A stretch of 64,000 nt of DNA from positions 71,548,001 to 71,612,000 of the forward strand of contig NC_083278.1 of NCBI RefSeq assembly GCF_963506605.1, in the 5' to 3' direction. Shown one piece after another: positions 63,147 through 64,000 of the stretch. Source of the stretch: Zootoca vivipara (lineage: Eukaryota). A program made the translations under genes and the position numbers. How positions within the stretch are numbered: the first letter of the stretch is position 1; the number at the start of each line of letters is the position of its first letter. The notes beneath the pieces are model-generated. The model was given only the letters and a program-made list of their open reading frames with translations. It searched no databases and was not told the origin of the DNA.

Positions 63147-63664
63147 GAACTTGCACCCTAGGAAGAGTCCTACTGCATCAGACAAAGCAGTCTCCTGCCT
63201 GTGTTGTGATTCCCAGCCACTGGCATTCAGAGACACACTGTCCCTGATGCTGAAGGTACTCTATTGAAGGGGCTCCCAGCCTTTTTGGTGTGGCAACTCA
63301 CTTACCGTACTTGGTAAGGTGACCCCTCAATTAATCATCACGTGAATTTTGGACTGAAGGCCTTCTTTGCCACCAGCGAGCAATTCCCAAGTATTAAAAT
63401 GTAAGACTCTGGGCTTTCTGGGTTTTGGTTACAAGCATCAACACTGCACTATAACATGCCAACAGAACAAAAAGTTGTAAGAGGCATTCATCATACCACT
63501 TAATGATTACAAGTGATAATTGTTTGGGGTTTTCTTATAAAAGCTATGACCCACCACAGATGGGTCGTGACCCACAGTTTGAGAAATTCTGCTGTATAGT
63601 CACTGTGACTAGTAGCTTTTGCTAGCCTTATCCTCCATGAATAGGAAGTCCCCGAGTAAATTTA

Positions 63665-64000
63665 AAAAAGGTAAAGGACCCAGTCAAAGGTGACTATGGG
63701 GTTGTGGTGCTCATCTCACTTTCAGGCCGAGGGAGCCGGCGTTTGTCCACAGACAACTTTCCGGGTCATGTGGCCAGCAGGACTAAACTGCTTCTGGTGC
63801 AATGGAACACTGTGAGAGAAACTAGAGCACATGGAATCGCTGCAGCAGTACCTATTTATCTACTTGCACTGGTGTGCTTTTGAACTGCTAGGTTGGCAGG
63901 AGCCGAGACAGAGCAACGGGAGCTCACCCCGTCATGGGGATTTGAACCGCCGACCTTCTGATCGGTAAGCCCAAGAGGCTCAGTGGTTTCGACCACAGCC
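63665..64000 (-). mobile_element. Sauria SINE running off the window end
   Basis: Same body as 58811-59150. Confidence 0.88.

Overview
Vertebrate genomic DNA, almost certainly a squamate and probably a lacertid-type lizard (Sauria SINE, Squam3-like SINE, BovB, CR1, L2, hAT and Tigger MITEs). The window holds one complete protein-coding gene, thrombospondin-2 (THBS2), on the minus strand. It has a TATA/CpG-island promoter near 57.1 kb, a first exon at about 56926-57113, and 21 coding exons from 54445 down to 13131. All introns are GT-AG with matching phases, and the exons sum to 3537 nt (1178 aa plus stop). The 3'UTR is about 3 kb and ends near an AATAAA at 10172-10177. The rest is introns and flanks full of transposon fragments, microsatellites and two N gaps. 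I found no convincing wholly new biological system. The best leads are: (1) a sense CR1 fragment in frame with exon 7 that stays open for 174 codons; (2) a sense solo LTR with a polyA signal just after exon 6; (3) a MITE whose flank is duplicated in inverted orientation; (4) three perfect PBX-MEIS/PREP decamers, one beside the TATA box; (5) a five-element nested transposon stack upstream of the promoter. Family names and orthologue comparisons come from memory, not from database searches.
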